Source of the DNA: Eledone cirrhosa
Lineage: Eukaryota
Direction of reading: 5' to 3'
NCBI GenBank assembly: GCA_964016885.1
Contig: OZ024756.1
Span: 32,860,001-32,924,000, forward strand
Length of the DNA: 64,000 nt
Each line of letters starts with the position of its first letter. The stretch's first letter is position 1. The notes beneath the pieces are model-generated. The model ran no database searches. It was not told where the DNA came from and was given only the letters and a program-made list of their open reading frames with translations. Below, one piece after another: positions 1-13,898 of this stretch. The position numbers and the translations under genes are program-made.

Positions 1-323
1 GTGTCTGTGTGTGTGTACATATATGTATGTATATATATATGTATGTGTGTGTGTGCATATGAATGTATATATATATATGCATATATGCGTGTGTGTGTGT
101 GAGAATATAGTATGTCAAATACTAAAGCATAAATTGTACGATATTTTTCATCTATTCGGCAATTTTTAAATATGTAAAGAAAATGTAGAAAAAATTTATT
201 TTAAGCCACTCAACTCGTCCAGTATTTGATTTGTGTAAATACTTGATTCCATACCACTTAATCATCCACACAAAAGCACACATGCCCGCGTTCGTTCAAA
301 CACCTTCACACCAAAACGGACAC

Positions 324-420
<97 letters not shown>

Positions 421-496
421 CATACAAAGCAACCTGAGATAGACACATATCCAAATACGTACACACATAAGCACATACAGACACACAAAACCACAC

Positions 497-632
<136 letters not shown>

Positions 633-892
633 TTACGTTTGTTGCTTCTTGTATTTTTTTCGGCAAACAATCTCCTTGGCAGTATTATTGACATACATTA
701 GGTTAGCCAACCTACTAAATTATTGTGATACGTCTGTAAAATCATTAACTCTCTCACTGAATTAAAGAAATATAGAATGATTAATTACATATTTTCGAAA
801 AAAATTTTAAAAAATCACATACATATACACGTAAACGTATATGTATGTATATGTATATACACGTATACGTATATATATAAACGTTGATATGC

Positions 893-931
<39 letters not shown>

Positions 932-997
932 TATATATATATATATTTGTATTTATATATATATTTGTTTTTATATATATATAAACGTTGACATGCG

Positions 998-1036
<39 letters not shown>

Positions 1037-1043
1037 GTATATA

Positions 1044-1120
<77 letters not shown>

Positions 1121-1466
1121 ACGCATGTCAATGTGCACATGCATGTACCTACGTAGACATATTTTATGTACCATGTTTATAGATTTTACTCGTTTTATTA
1201 AATTCATTAACTTATTGAGAAATGAACTTTGAAAAAAAAATTGAAGCACCGAATCATATTTCATATATAACCCGTTTTTATACGATCGGAGTTCCAATCT
1301 CACTAATGTCCATTCCTCTTTTTTCCTTTTTTATGTGAATGAATTGTAATCTAATCTATAATAACGAAAGGAGTGCGGGACTGCATCGAGAATATATTTG
1401 CTGACCCCGTTTCTAAAATAAGTTGGATTACATTGAATAAATAATGAATGATTATTACATTAGTTA

Positions 1467-1840
1467 TCTACTAAATTTCGTGGCCGTTGATTAAATATAT
1501 TTTATAGCTTATTTAAAGATTCACTCCGTTAAAATTGTCAAATGTCAACACTTCCGGTTAGCGGCCATTATATTCTAACACTTATAATCGCATATATTTC
1601 CGTCGATAATTTTCTCCTAATACAGTTTATATATAATATCGTCTTTTTTCAAATGTATCATGGATTACTTTACTGATTACGTTACTGATTACAGAAGACA
1701 ATGTAACACAGTCTTCGTTCAATTTCTGTGTATATTGCCAATTACGATTTTATTTACATGCATATATATGTGTGTATAATATATATATACACACTTCACA
1801 TGCTACCAGAAAACCTCCCGAAGGGTGGTTTTTCTGCTAG
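1467..1840 (+). mobile_element. Probable non-autonomous Helitron (~375 bp)
   Basis: Starts a|TC (1466|1467) and ends CTAG|t (1837-1840|1841), with a subterminal hairpin acc-tccc-gaa-gggt-ggt just before CTAG; no TSD. The 5' end choice is tentative. Confidence 0.45.
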
Positions 1841-1994
1841 TAACGTTTAATTCTTGAAGTCTATATTATCATCTAAATAAACCTTCCAAATTGTTGGTGT
1901 TGCGCCTAAATTAGAAACCAGAATCGTTGATGGTCTTTGCAGCGCTACTAAGCGTTATATGATAATACACTATTATCTTATTGCTTTACATACA

Positions 1995-2053
1995 TGTATC
2001 TATGTTTATGTTTACTATATATATATATATATATATATATAAATACGCATATA

Positions 2054-2084
<31 letters not shown>

Positions 2085-2114
2085 GCGTATATATATATAT
2101 ATATGCGTATTTAT

Positions 2115-2186
<72 letters not shown>

Positions 2187-2234
2187 AAAAACATATGTAT
2201 ATATATATATATACGCATATATATATATATACGC

Positions 2235-2269
<35 letters not shown>

Positions 2270-2447
2270 CGCATATATATATATATACGCTTATATATAT
2301 ATATATACGCATATATATATATATATATATATATATACGCATAAATATATATACATATACGCATATATATATACATATATACGCATATATATATATATAC
2401 GCTTATATATATATATATACGCATATATATATATATATACATATATA

Positions 2448-2510
<63 letters not shown>

Positions 2511-2525
2511 GCATATATATATATA
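1995..2525. repeat. (TA)n microsatellite punctuated by recurring cgca units
   Basis: Repeated (ta)n-cgca blocks; source of spurious YIYI ORFs. Confidence 0.9.
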
Positions 2526-2528
2526 TCG

Positions 2529-2741
2529 ACAGTCAATCGCCATTTGTCAAACTGGACCGAGGAAACTATGTTTCCGTTGGTCTTTCCAATTGCTAATAAT
2601 ATTTATCGGTCACATCTCCAGGCAGAAGAAGCAACATGAAATAAAGTGTCTTGCTCAAGGACAGAACGCATCGCACGGTCCAGGAATCGAACTCACAACC
2701 TCACGATTGCGAATCCGATTCTCTTACCACTCAGCTACGCG
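2529..2741 (-). mobile_element. tRNA-derived CORE-type SINE (octopus OR2-like)
   Basis: Minus strand has an A-box-like gtagctgagtggt, a B-box gagttcgattcc and a CORE-like tgtccttgagcaagacacttt; paralogues at 37196 and 63648. Confidence 0.75.
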
Positions 2742-2872
<131 letters not shown>

Positions 2873-3075
2873 TGTGTAATACAAAGAATCCTGTCATTGC
2901 CTTAAGTACTTCAGAAAGGCCAACCCATTCTTCTTGTATTTCTGGATTCACTATTCCTTTCAATTATTGAAATCCAACGTTGTTTTGTCAGCTCCTAAAC
3001 AATTCCTTTGTTATAATTGTTCATTTAAGAATTAAACTGACTTGTTCTTGTTTCGCCCTCATCCTTAACAAAATC

Positions 3076-3187
<112 letters not shown>

Positions 3188-3310
3188 ATGTGTTTGAGTG
3201 TGTATTTATATATATATGTATATATATATATACACACACACACTTCATTTATATATATATATATATATACATATATATATAGACACACACACATACATAC
3301 ATAAATATAT

Positions 3311-3393
<83 letters not shown>

Positions 3394-3483
3394 ATCTTTG
3401 CGTGTGTATGTAATTATTTATATTTATATGTATTAATATATATATATATATATATGCACGCATATATCAATGCTTATCATAGT

Positions 3484-3494
3484 CATCATCATCG

Positions 3495-3559
<65 letters not shown>

Positions 3560-3582
3560 TTCTTCTTCTTCTTCTTCTTCTT
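3484..3582. repeat. (CAT)n/(CTT)n compound microsatellite
   Basis: Read directly. Confidence 0.95.
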
Positions 3583-4142
3583 GTAATACAAAATATACTT
3601 CGCTACTTAATACTTCTATAGAAATTCACAGATCTTCCCACTCCGAAGAATAACACAGATTTAATACCCCTGCCAGCGCCAGATGGTATAAGATGGAACC
3701 CATTTTAGCAATCGACTGTTCTGTTAAATGCCTACTTTATATTAATTGTTATTGCATTGTTAGCCGTGGTGGTAGCTTTCGTTTTGGTTATGTCAGTTGT
3801 GGCTGGTTCCTGATAGTCGTAGTGTTGGTAGTGTTAGATTTAATCACCTTAGTAATAGTTGTAATAGCAGTATATACCCAGGTCACGTATATAATCCATG
3901 ACTTCCATGCTTACATATCTAGGGCCATGTATACGAACGAAGATATATGCCTAGTGATTAACATAAGTGATAGGGTCTGACGAATGGACCGTCATCTGTT
4001 CGAGTCCATACGTGTATGGTGGGGTTTGCCCTTGAACAACTACTAAAGCGATAATTGACAATCTGTAAACAAAAAACAGTTTTTAAAGTCAAGTAACGAG
4101 AAGAGAAGCATATTTTACACGTTTTATTCAATCATTATTAAT

Positions 4143-4334
4143 AGCGGTGGATTGGCAGTATCGGTAGAGAGTCGGACGCCATGCTTTGAAGCATCGAGTT
4201 ACGTCCCTTTATAATCTGAGTTCAAATCACGCCGAGGTTAACTTTGCCTTTCATCCTTACGGGGTCGATAAAATAAAGTACCAGTAAAGCACTGGATATT
4301 TACTGGCCTTCTGCCAAAAAGTAGAAACAATTAT
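4143..4334 (+). mobile_element. Octopus-type tRNA-derived SINE (family A), full length
   Basis: A-box tggcagtatcggt, B-box gagttcaaatc, body actttgcctttcatccttacggggtcgataaaataaagtaccagt; about 15 copies in the window. Confidence 0.9.
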
Positions 4335-4539
4335 AAGTAAATGCATTGTAACGACTAAATTGTCTAAGTTCAATTTTCAATATAACTCATAATATGACGA
4401 CAGACGACAGACATTCATCAGAGATAAGAGAACATTTAAAAATATTTCAAGTGAAAATATATATAGAAAGAGAGAAGGATAACGTGATATGTACAGTGGC
4501 ACCATCCGAGGTTTGTTTTAGAAACACTCACGTATGTGA

Positions 4540-4760
4540 AAGGTCTTTATATCATGTTGATATATATAAACCACAGACCCTCCCTCAACTCTACTTTTGA
4601 AAAGCAGAAGAACTGCGAAACCGGTAGAGGAACCAAATAAATATATATATATTTTTTTAAAGTAAGACTCCAGTTGCATTTTCGATTTCATCTTTTTTTC
4701 TTTATACTTTCACTCGTGTAGGACACCTCGGTTAGTTTTCATTTTGTAAAAAAACCTCAC

Positions 4761-4768
<8 letters not shown>
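4540..4768 (+). mobile_element. Short PLE-derived element (U3:A8 HHR family), copy 1
   Basis: Homologous to 31143-31302 and 50422-50626; ends at a (TA)n tract; carries an HHR-like fold. Confidence 0.65.
4591..4632 (+). ncRNA. Minimal type-I hammerhead-like motif, variant core UUGAAAA
   Basis: ctt-TTGAAAA-gcag(aagaa)ctgc-GAAA-CCGG-TA|gag; stem I only about 3 bp. Confidence 0.55.
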
Positions 4769-4801
<33 letters not shown>

Positions 4802-6567
4802 GATAGGTGTATAAGGCACAACCACATACATTCGCATTCTTACACACATATTCATATATATATATATATATATATTTATAATGTACGTATATAATAGATT
4901 GAGTGCATGCTGAGTAAATTCTGTCACGATAAACACAAATTAGTCGTATCTTAAATAAAACAGAAACAACAAAACATACCAATATGAATCCCCAATAAAA
5001 AATGCCTTCCAAGCAGACAAAACGAATGCTTGGAGCTTTTATTTAAATGTTGCCATAACACACTCTAAAATAAAACACTGACAACTTTCAATTACCGGCT
5101 TGTCACTTCCTACTATACAAAATGGATGAATTTATAAGAAATGTACGTGTATCTCCATATATGTATATACATGTATGTATATATGTATGTATAATTGAAA
5201 ACCTAGGTCACATAATCTCTCTAAAAAAAAATTGATATATATATATATTTAGGTTGGTAGTTAGGTATAATCATGACGGGTTACTGCTGATTCTTTGCAA
5301 CACATTTCCTTCACAACCATAGGCTATTATAGAAGGTTCTTGCTCAAGTTGCCACTCCATTGTAGGAACGATTCCAATATTGCATGGTTAAGAAATGAAA
5401 TGTTTTACAACGCAGTCACGCCACCTTTTCTTTGAACGTTTTTCTGCATGTGCATCATGGGAAAGTATTTATTGTATTGAGGGAGTGTTGAAGATGCGTG
5501 AAGGGAATTACACATCCAATTATCCGTTGTTGAACGTTAGAAGAAAGAATAATCCGAATAATTTAATTAACCATCTTATGTATAAATGATTGGATTAAAG
5601 AAATATTTCTTTTTGTCTCCAGCTTTGATGGGCATGAATGTATAGTATTGTGGATTAATTATGAACGCTTTGATTAATTAGTTTTACATGAGCAGATAAA
5701 TTAAAATTTTAATTGGCCGAGATGATTTGCCAATTTCATTATGTATATAATTTATTATTTTTTAAAATAAGAAAACGTGTTAACACTATGCCATGTTGAT
5801 ATTAATTAGGATAGCCCCATTAAATTTAATATATATATATGAAATTCCGCTTTCGATCGCTCAGCGTGTTAATTAGTGAAACTGATATTTACTTCAACCA
5901 TGTGTCGATAGAGGCCGTGTGAGCGGAATTTTGGAGACATAAACTAACTGGAAAGACCGATAGATGGGCTGTGGTTTTAATTCAACATCCCAGCCTAGTC
6001 TCTCAGTGTCATGCTGAATCTGCCTGAGAATTAAGGTGGTGGTACACAAGCCTATGAAATGTCAGACATGCTGCATTTAATTTCATATGCAAGATGTAGC
6101 GTTGATAAAACAATTGAAATATACAAGCTGAATCCGTCACAACATTCCATTCAATACGAATGAACACAAACGCAAATATTTACATCCTTCTATGGTCGTC
6201 AACCACGATTGAGGATCTCATAGCAAGCACCATGCTTTTACCACGAGTTTTTAAGTGTATATGCAGTCGGTAACAGCTAGAACCCGCCATTCCTTGTGAC
6301 ACTTCCAGCCTTGGTGCCATCGGAATATCTGGTTTGCGATATCTAGACTGTGTTTTTAAGCTGGGGATTTTATTTATCGACCCAGAAAAGTTATGCGTAA
6401 AATGATTTGCATTAAGATTCGAACTCAGATTTAAGTCACCTGCAAAATATGATTATGTGTCCGGAAATGTTTCGCTGTGTTTCGCCGTTCACCGCAAATA
6501 TTTCATTTCTTACACGGTCTAAAAGATATGTTAGGTTTGGTCAAAGTACTCGCATGGTGTACAAATC

Positions 6568-6778
6568 ATTGTTTCTACATTTGGCACAAGACAGCAATTA
6601 TCCCAATGCATTACTGGGGCTTTAATTTATCGACGACGTAAGGATGAAAGGCTAAGTTAACCTTGGCGATATTTGAACTCAGACCGTAAAGGACCATAAC
6701 TCTATGCTACAAAGCATGGTGTCCGACCCTCTACCGGTACTGCCAATATATTAGATTTGGTCTGCCAATCCACCACCG
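6568..6778 (-). mobile_element. SINE family A
   Basis: Reverse complement of the 4143 copy, with a duplicated 5' tip. Confidence 0.9.
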
Positions 6779-7078
6779 TATAAATAAATGCTGGAGATAA
6801 ATTTCCATTTGCGGCGAAACAGATAGTTTACCGTAGCACTTGAATGAACTAGACATTCACAATCACAAAATAAAAGAGAAAGTAATCACAAAGAAATATG
6901 TATTTAAACTACGTGAATAAAGAATGAATGTGAATAAATATTGGAATAAAGTCAAGATAGAAAGATGTAGCTCAACGTGAATTGAAGACGCAGAAAACTT
7001 ATAAAATGTGATGAGATATATGAATTACGGCGGTTGATTTCCATTTAGAAAGTCACACATTCATGTGCTGGCCTATGA

Positions 7079-7158
<80 letters not shown>

Positions 7159-7203
7159 TGAAAAAGTGAAAAATAACAGAGTACAAAAAAAGGGATATAT
7201 TTA

Positions 7204-7316
7204 CAGTCTGACAATTGTTTCACTGATTAAGTTGTCTAAAAATTGCTGAACACTAGAAGCAGTGCAACTCAATTTTAAATACGATGTTAGCTTATTCAGA
7301 TCATCGGAGAAACTAG
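7204..7316 (-). ncRNA. Type-I hammerhead motif with long stem II (CCGAUGA core)
   Basis: agtttct-CCGATGA-tctgaataag...cttaatcagt-GAAA-CAATTG-TC|agact; flanked by TA tracts. Confidence 0.55.
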
Positions 7317-7370
7317 AATATATATATCCGTTATATATATATGTGTATGTGTGTATATATGTATGCGTGT

Positions 7371-7414
<44 letters not shown>

Positions 7415-7416
<2 letters not shown>

Positions 7417-7728
7417 TGGGTAACACATTATTGTTATAGGTAGTCCACTTAGGTGTAGTCCAGTTATGGTACTCCGGGTCGTGGATGATATCAACGCTTG
7501 GCTAAGTTTGACTCAACAAGGCGTTTCCATAGTGAGTACGCTGTAATTCCTATGTTGTAAACACTTGGAGTAATGATAAATCAGGAAAGAAGAGTGACAC
7601 GGTTTGCTATACAAAAAAGGTTTTTAATCTCATTGCTGACAATTGTTTCTCTGGACTGGTAGGTCTAGAGATCGCTACCCGCTTATTTTCACGTTATTCG
7701 ATCACCAATACAATCATCTTCCTTCCTG

Positions 7729-7735
<7 letters not shown>
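7415..7735 (-). mobile_element. 5'-truncated PLE remnant with inverted tail and 3' half of an HHR
   Basis: tctaga..tccaga-GAAACAATTGTC on the minus strand (~7638-7670); 7576-7597 is inverted at 7715-7735; TA tracts on both sides. Confidence 0.5.
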
Positions 7736-7787
<52 letters not shown>

Positions 7788-7808
7788 TATGTATGTATAT
7801 ATACATAA

Positions 7809-7863
<55 letters not shown>

Positions 7864-7872
<9 letters not shown>

Positions 7873-8254
7873 ATGCTTTGGAAGGGTCATGTTGCCAATA
7901 AGAAACACACACACAAAACAAGATGGCGTAGGACAGAACAAAGGAGAGGCACGAAAACAAAGAAAAGAATCCCCAGTCACTAAAGAAGTCACAGAATGTG
8001 TGACGAAAGAACTTTGACAATATATGAACAATCGTCTGGTTGTGGAACCAACCAACCAATCGGAAATTTATGAATTCCTAAATTTATAAATTTAATTTAT
8101 GATAAATTAAAGTGAAAGTATGTGGTGCAACATGCCCCACATACTTTCACATAAAGTGAAAGTATTGGCAACATGCCCCTCCCAAAGTCTAACAATATCG
8201 GTTTCAACACACGTTTTCAGATAAAGAATCTTGCTAAACAAACTCAGAAACGAA

Positions 8255-8255
<1 letters not shown>
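7864..8255 (+). mobile_element. TA-inserted element with inverted segment
   Basis: 7864-7899 is an inverted copy of 8163-8198; internal hairpin gtgaaagtatgtgg/ccacatactttcac. Confidence 0.5.
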
Positions 8256-8318
<63 letters not shown>

Positions 8319-8350
8319 GCATACATATATACACACATACATATATATAT

Positions 8351-8396
<46 letters not shown>

Positions 8397-8648
8397 GTAT
8401 ATATATATGTATATATATATATGTACGTGTGCATGTATGTATATGAGTGTGTGTATATATGCGTCTGTGTGAATGTGTGACAGGAAAGAAAAAAAATCAG
8501 AATGTGTATATTAATTTTCGCCCGAGATAATTCAGAAGCCTTTGTAAATATTTCAACATTGGATTATGGACCTCATTCTATCTCTCAAACCTGTAAACAA
8601 TTACAGTTACTATTTTAATCTAGATAGAAAACAAAAGGACTCTGTTCT

Positions 8649-8680
<32 letters not shown>

Positions 8681-9407
8681 GTATTAGTTATACTATTTAT
8701 GGTTATGTAAATACAAAACCTTATGCAGTTATAAGTATTTTACACACACCCTAAATAGTGGTAGGCAGTAATGTATTACTACCTTATTACCAGTAAGTTA
8801 AGTAGCTCAATGTAAAAATATCAGATGATTTACAGAGCAGTTATATGAAATATAAGAATCAAAGAACTGTTCAAAGCATTATTGTGCTTACAGCTGTTTG
8901 GATTCTTCGGAGCAATTTATTAATGCATGGACAGTTATATGACCTCATTTTCAGCCGAGAGACATACCGATACATATCCAAACATTGTGGGTCAACATTC
9001 ATTACATAATTTAGAGTGGCAGTACACACTTCGAGATTACATTTATATTAAGAGGTACAATCAAAAATCAAAAATACAGGTTAAAATACAACATGAAGAT
9101 AAGCGGTTATATAGTGTAAATGTTATATGTGTGGCACGCATGTGCGTCTTGTTTATATAGTGTGGCAGAGAGATATGTGTGGTAGAGGCACTTAGGTAGG
9201 TAAACAAGAGTGTTAGGTTGGTAGATCTGGTGGCAAATTCTTTATATGATTGATATAGTCAGTGTGTGGAGAAATATTATAAGCATTAAAAATAGTGCAA
9301 GCATTAAAAGTGTTAAAAGTATTGGAGATGCACAGCGAAGGGATGTCAAGTATTTCATGCACTTCGGCATTTTCATGGTCAGGGGAGTGTATTTTTCAGG
9401 GGAGTTT

Positions 9408-9450
<43 letters not shown>

Positions 9451-9875
9451 GAGTTAAAAATGTACATCCACATATGTATACTGAAATACTAGTATGCATA
9501 TGAATACACACACGTGTACATATGTAGATGTACCGAGTTTTTCACTGGTCACTTTACTGTGAGTGTCCAGCTATTATGTATGTAAACACACAGACAAACC
9601 GGTTTTTAGAGTCATACTGGTTTTTGAGGAAACACCTTTCCTCTATTCTCCAGAAAGCCAGACAAGGAATATTGGACTAGTTTCGATGTTGTTACATCTC
9701 ATCAGCAATATTTACCCATCTTCCGGCCTTTCTAGAGAATCGTAAAAGCACATATCGTTATATGCTTTTTCTATGAAAATTAGTAGTGGGCAGACTAATT
9801 AACTCAATTGTTTAAGCATCAGTCATACAAAAGTGAGTTACAAACGAAGCGAAATTTAATTTCGTTTCGTTATTT

Positions 9876-9942
<67 letters not shown>

Positions 9943-9944
<2 letters not shown>

Positions 9945-10130
9945 AAATAGTCCGGCCCCAACAGCTGAACTCTTGCCATTTCAGCAGCTAATTCCAGATT
10001 CTGATGTCTAGATCTAGTTGCCGAGAAGACAAGAGTGCAGCAGTTAGGCCCCGACTCTTTCTATACCAGTCGCACTATACTATCCCATGTATAGAGTACT
10101 CTGCTGTGGTTTTATCAGTTTAAAACTTGT
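9943..10130 (+). mobile_element. Diverged fold-back PLE remnant (family F-like)
   Basis: Imperfect palindrome followed by a cactatactatcccatgtatagagtactctg tail resembling the 11830 and 40240 tails. Confidence 0.45.
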
Positions 10131-11119
10131 TAAATGCTAATACATATATTTGCATATTACGTGGTTGTAATAACAAAAAAATATCAGTAATTCACTGGAA
10201 TCAAATTAATCGACTTTCTCCTTTTCCATAATTGCTGGCCATGTACCTATAGTAGAACACATGAAAACATTATTATATAGAAACTAGGTAATACCTCGGC
10301 TACAACATCCTGACGTGCGATATTCTTTTACCAGTAATTCAGGCAGGTCGGTTGCAGGTTTGCCGAGAGGTGCTAACATTGAAAAACATACGTGGTTTTG
10401 CTCTTCCTTGTGTGGTCTGCATATCCAGACTGTTGTCGATTTTCTGTCACTGATTTATGATTGCTTGGTTTCGTGTGTTGCCCTCTCACTCTCTCTCTCA
10501 CACACACACTCTCTCTCTCTCTATCTATTTATCTATTCAGCTATCTATCTATCTCTTCCTATATATCTCTCTATCTATCTGTTATGCCGTTCACTGTTTC
10601 TCTCTTTCATTATTTCTTTCTCTATCTATCTATCTCTCTTTATCTCTCTATCTCTCTATCTGTCACTCATTGTTCTTTTCTCTCTCTATCTATCTATCTA
10701 TCGACTTGTCTGTCCGTCTGTCTAGAGATAGAAGGAATAATTATGTCACGAGGTGGAATTATTTGATCACGAAAATAAAAGAATTTGTTTACGTCAATGA
10801 TGTTACGAGATATTATTTCAAACATGGCTGATTTAAGGCGGCGGATTTGCCTTTGATATCAATACATATTCCAACACACGTGATCTTCTCTTTCTTTCTA
10901 CACATATTTAAATCACCAAGAAGCATACACTATGTATGCGTTGGCCTGAGCTTTCTATAAGTACGTATGAAGATATTCCAGTGAGATTTTTATCCTAGAA
11001 ATAGCGCCCGATATCTAACTCAAAGTGGTTAATATCTGCTAGAAATATCTTTTAATTTATCTCAAATCAAAATATAGCCGCTCTAATCTAGGAAGATGGT
11101 TGTATAAAATAGTCTTCTA

Positions 11120-11233
<114 letters not shown>

Positions 11234-11797
11234 ATGTCTGTCTGAATGAATGTATGCATTATGGTGTATGTATGTATTTTTGTGTGTATGTCTGTATGTA
11301 TGCATCTATGTCTACACAAACACAGCCCTTTTCTCATTGTCGTACACACAGTAACACGCTTACGTTCTTATACATACAGACATATACCTATCATAGAATT
11401 ATGAAAGGGCATCTCGTTGTGTTCCAATATTTTCAAAATCTTAAACAACTACAGTAGAGTAAAAATGTGGTTATTAGTAAAAATATAAAAGTTTACACAT
11501 TTTACCATTTGGTTGAACATGCAACGACTATAATTGTCTCCCCTGTCCAGTCGACCATAATATAATTTTTGCTAACGCATAATGTATTTCCTATTCACCA
11601 CATGTGGTTATTTTTGATATTTGTAAAACACTGGAAATAATTAAAGCCATATTTTTATGACATTTAAAAAGTGGAGGTTGTGAGAGAAGTAAGGGTAAGT
11701 GGGAAAGAGAGAGAGAGGAAAAAGACTAAAGAAAGAGCATGAGGAATTGAAATAGTATAATGCGGCGTTTTTGTGAATATATATATATATATATATA

Positions 11798-11921
11798 TAG
11801 GAACCAGTAAGACCCCATCTTAGACCAGATCTTACTGGTTCCTATTACCCACTCTACTACCTCAAGTATTGAGTACTTTGGTGCGTTGTGGTCCACCTGG
11901 TTCCTTACCACATTTCCTTCG

Positions 11922-11957
<36 letters not shown>

Positions 11958-12007
11958 AAGTATGACCCCGACGGCAGAGCTCAAGCCGTTTCGACGACTA
12001 TTTCTGG

Positions 12008-12012
<5 letters not shown>
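11798..12012. mobile_element. Two family-F PLE remnants separated by (TA)n
   Basis: 11798-11923: fold-back head plus cctattacccactctactacctcaagtattgagtac tail. 11954-12012 (minus): GAAACGGC..GCCGTC-ggggtc half-HHR. Confidence 0.65.
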
Positions 12013-12061
<49 letters not shown>

Positions 12062-12649
12062 ATATACATGTATATATGAAAAAAATACAAAGAAAAGTCA
12101 CACAGGATAACAAAACAATGCCTATCAACCTTGTCTTTCCATCAGTCACGATCGATAATATATATTTAATACAAGGGTCGATTACTTCGATTTCCACTCT
12201 CACCTAATCAGCTGGCCTCATGTTTCTTACTTCCTTTGTTGAGATCGATGTTATAAAGTACCAGTTACATACTGAGGTAGAGGAAACAGAGTTTGTTTTT
12301 TTCTCAAAAAATTGTCCTTTATACCTTAATTAGAAATGAACATTATGCGTTTTGTTGTTGTTGTTGTTGTTGTTGTTGGGAACGCCTTTGATCTGGCAGA
12401 TGTTATACTGGCACTATACCAAAACAACAAGCCATAGCCATAGTCAAATGTCCTTTGTGTCATTCCCTCTCCTTCAGCTTTCCAACACCCTCATTAGAAT
12501 CTGTGCTGTACCTAGCAAGGCAACAACTCCATCCTGTTGGTAATTCATAGCTTCTCAAGACATGCATCTAACCTTTTACTAAATTGTCCCATTGCACCAA
12601 CCACAATTGGAACCACTTCTACGAGTCTTATTATCATTGTTATTATTAT

Positions 12650-13034
12650 TTGGCAGTATTGGTAGAGCGTCAGACACCATGCTTTGCAGCATAGAGTTAC
12701 GGCCATTTATGATCTGAGTTCAAATCTTGCCGAGGTTAACTTTGCCTTTCATCCTTACGGGATTTATAAAATAAAGCATAAGTAAACAATTTTCCTCTCC
12801 CCAAAATTGCTGGCCTTGTGCCTACAGTAGAAATCATTATTGTTAGGGTCGGACGCTAAGTTTTACAGCATAGAGTTACGGCCCTTTATGATCTGAGTTC
12901 AAATCCCCCCGATTTTAACTTTGCCTTTCATCCTTACGGGGTCGATACAATAAAGTACCAGTCACGCACTGGGTTCGATTTAATCGACTTTCCTCTCTCC
13001 CCAAATTACTGGCCTTGTGCCTAGATAAGAAACC

Positions 13035-13038
<4 letters not shown>
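12650..13038 (+). mobile_element. Two tandem SINE family A copies
   Basis: 12650-12840 and 12846-13038, followed by (ATT)n(AGT)n. Confidence 0.9.
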
Positions 13039-13158
<120 letters not shown>

Positions 13159-13847
13159 TTGTTGGTGTCGGTATTGTTCTTGCTGTTGTCATTAGTATTA
13201 CTCCTTCCTGTGATGAAAAGAATTACGAATCAATTCACATTATTAACAATTATTTTCTCAATTGACACAGATGACAAATATATTTCCTATGATACAGCTT
13301 CTTTTAATATTTTTATTAGTTGCTTTTAAGCTATTTATCTCGTTTCATTATTTCTACAGCTAATGACTATATATGAGAGTGTTATATGTTCTATCGTTTG
13401 TTGTTGTTTGTTTAGCCTTTATAGACAATGCGCCACGACTACCATCACCCCATAAGGACGGCATCTCATTTCATTAATATTAAAAACCTTGAGTTCATTA
13501 GAAATAAAAAAATACGAAACAATTGTGGCAGTATAACATTTTGGCTGTTTGACAATAACCTTAATCGAATTATTAATGTTGTTGGATATATATTTGATGG
13601 TGAGATCTCGTGTGGCTATATAAATGTAATATAGCAATGGCCAATGTTTTGCAGATGGTTACTTCTGTCCCGGGTAGAATATATACATCGTTAAGGTAAT
13701 GGGAATGTTTATATTTATTTAGCGTGGGACGTTGCAGTAATGTTACATTACATGCACGAACACACAAATACAAATACATTCCAAGCATTACACACACAAA
13801 CACATATACACTCTCACACAACCATATAGCTATCTCTCTCTCTCCCC

Positions 13848-13898
<51 letters not shown>

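Noticed and set aside
4143-4230. tRNA gene suggested by A and B boxes
   Set aside because: No cloverleaf; it is the head of a multi-copy SINE.
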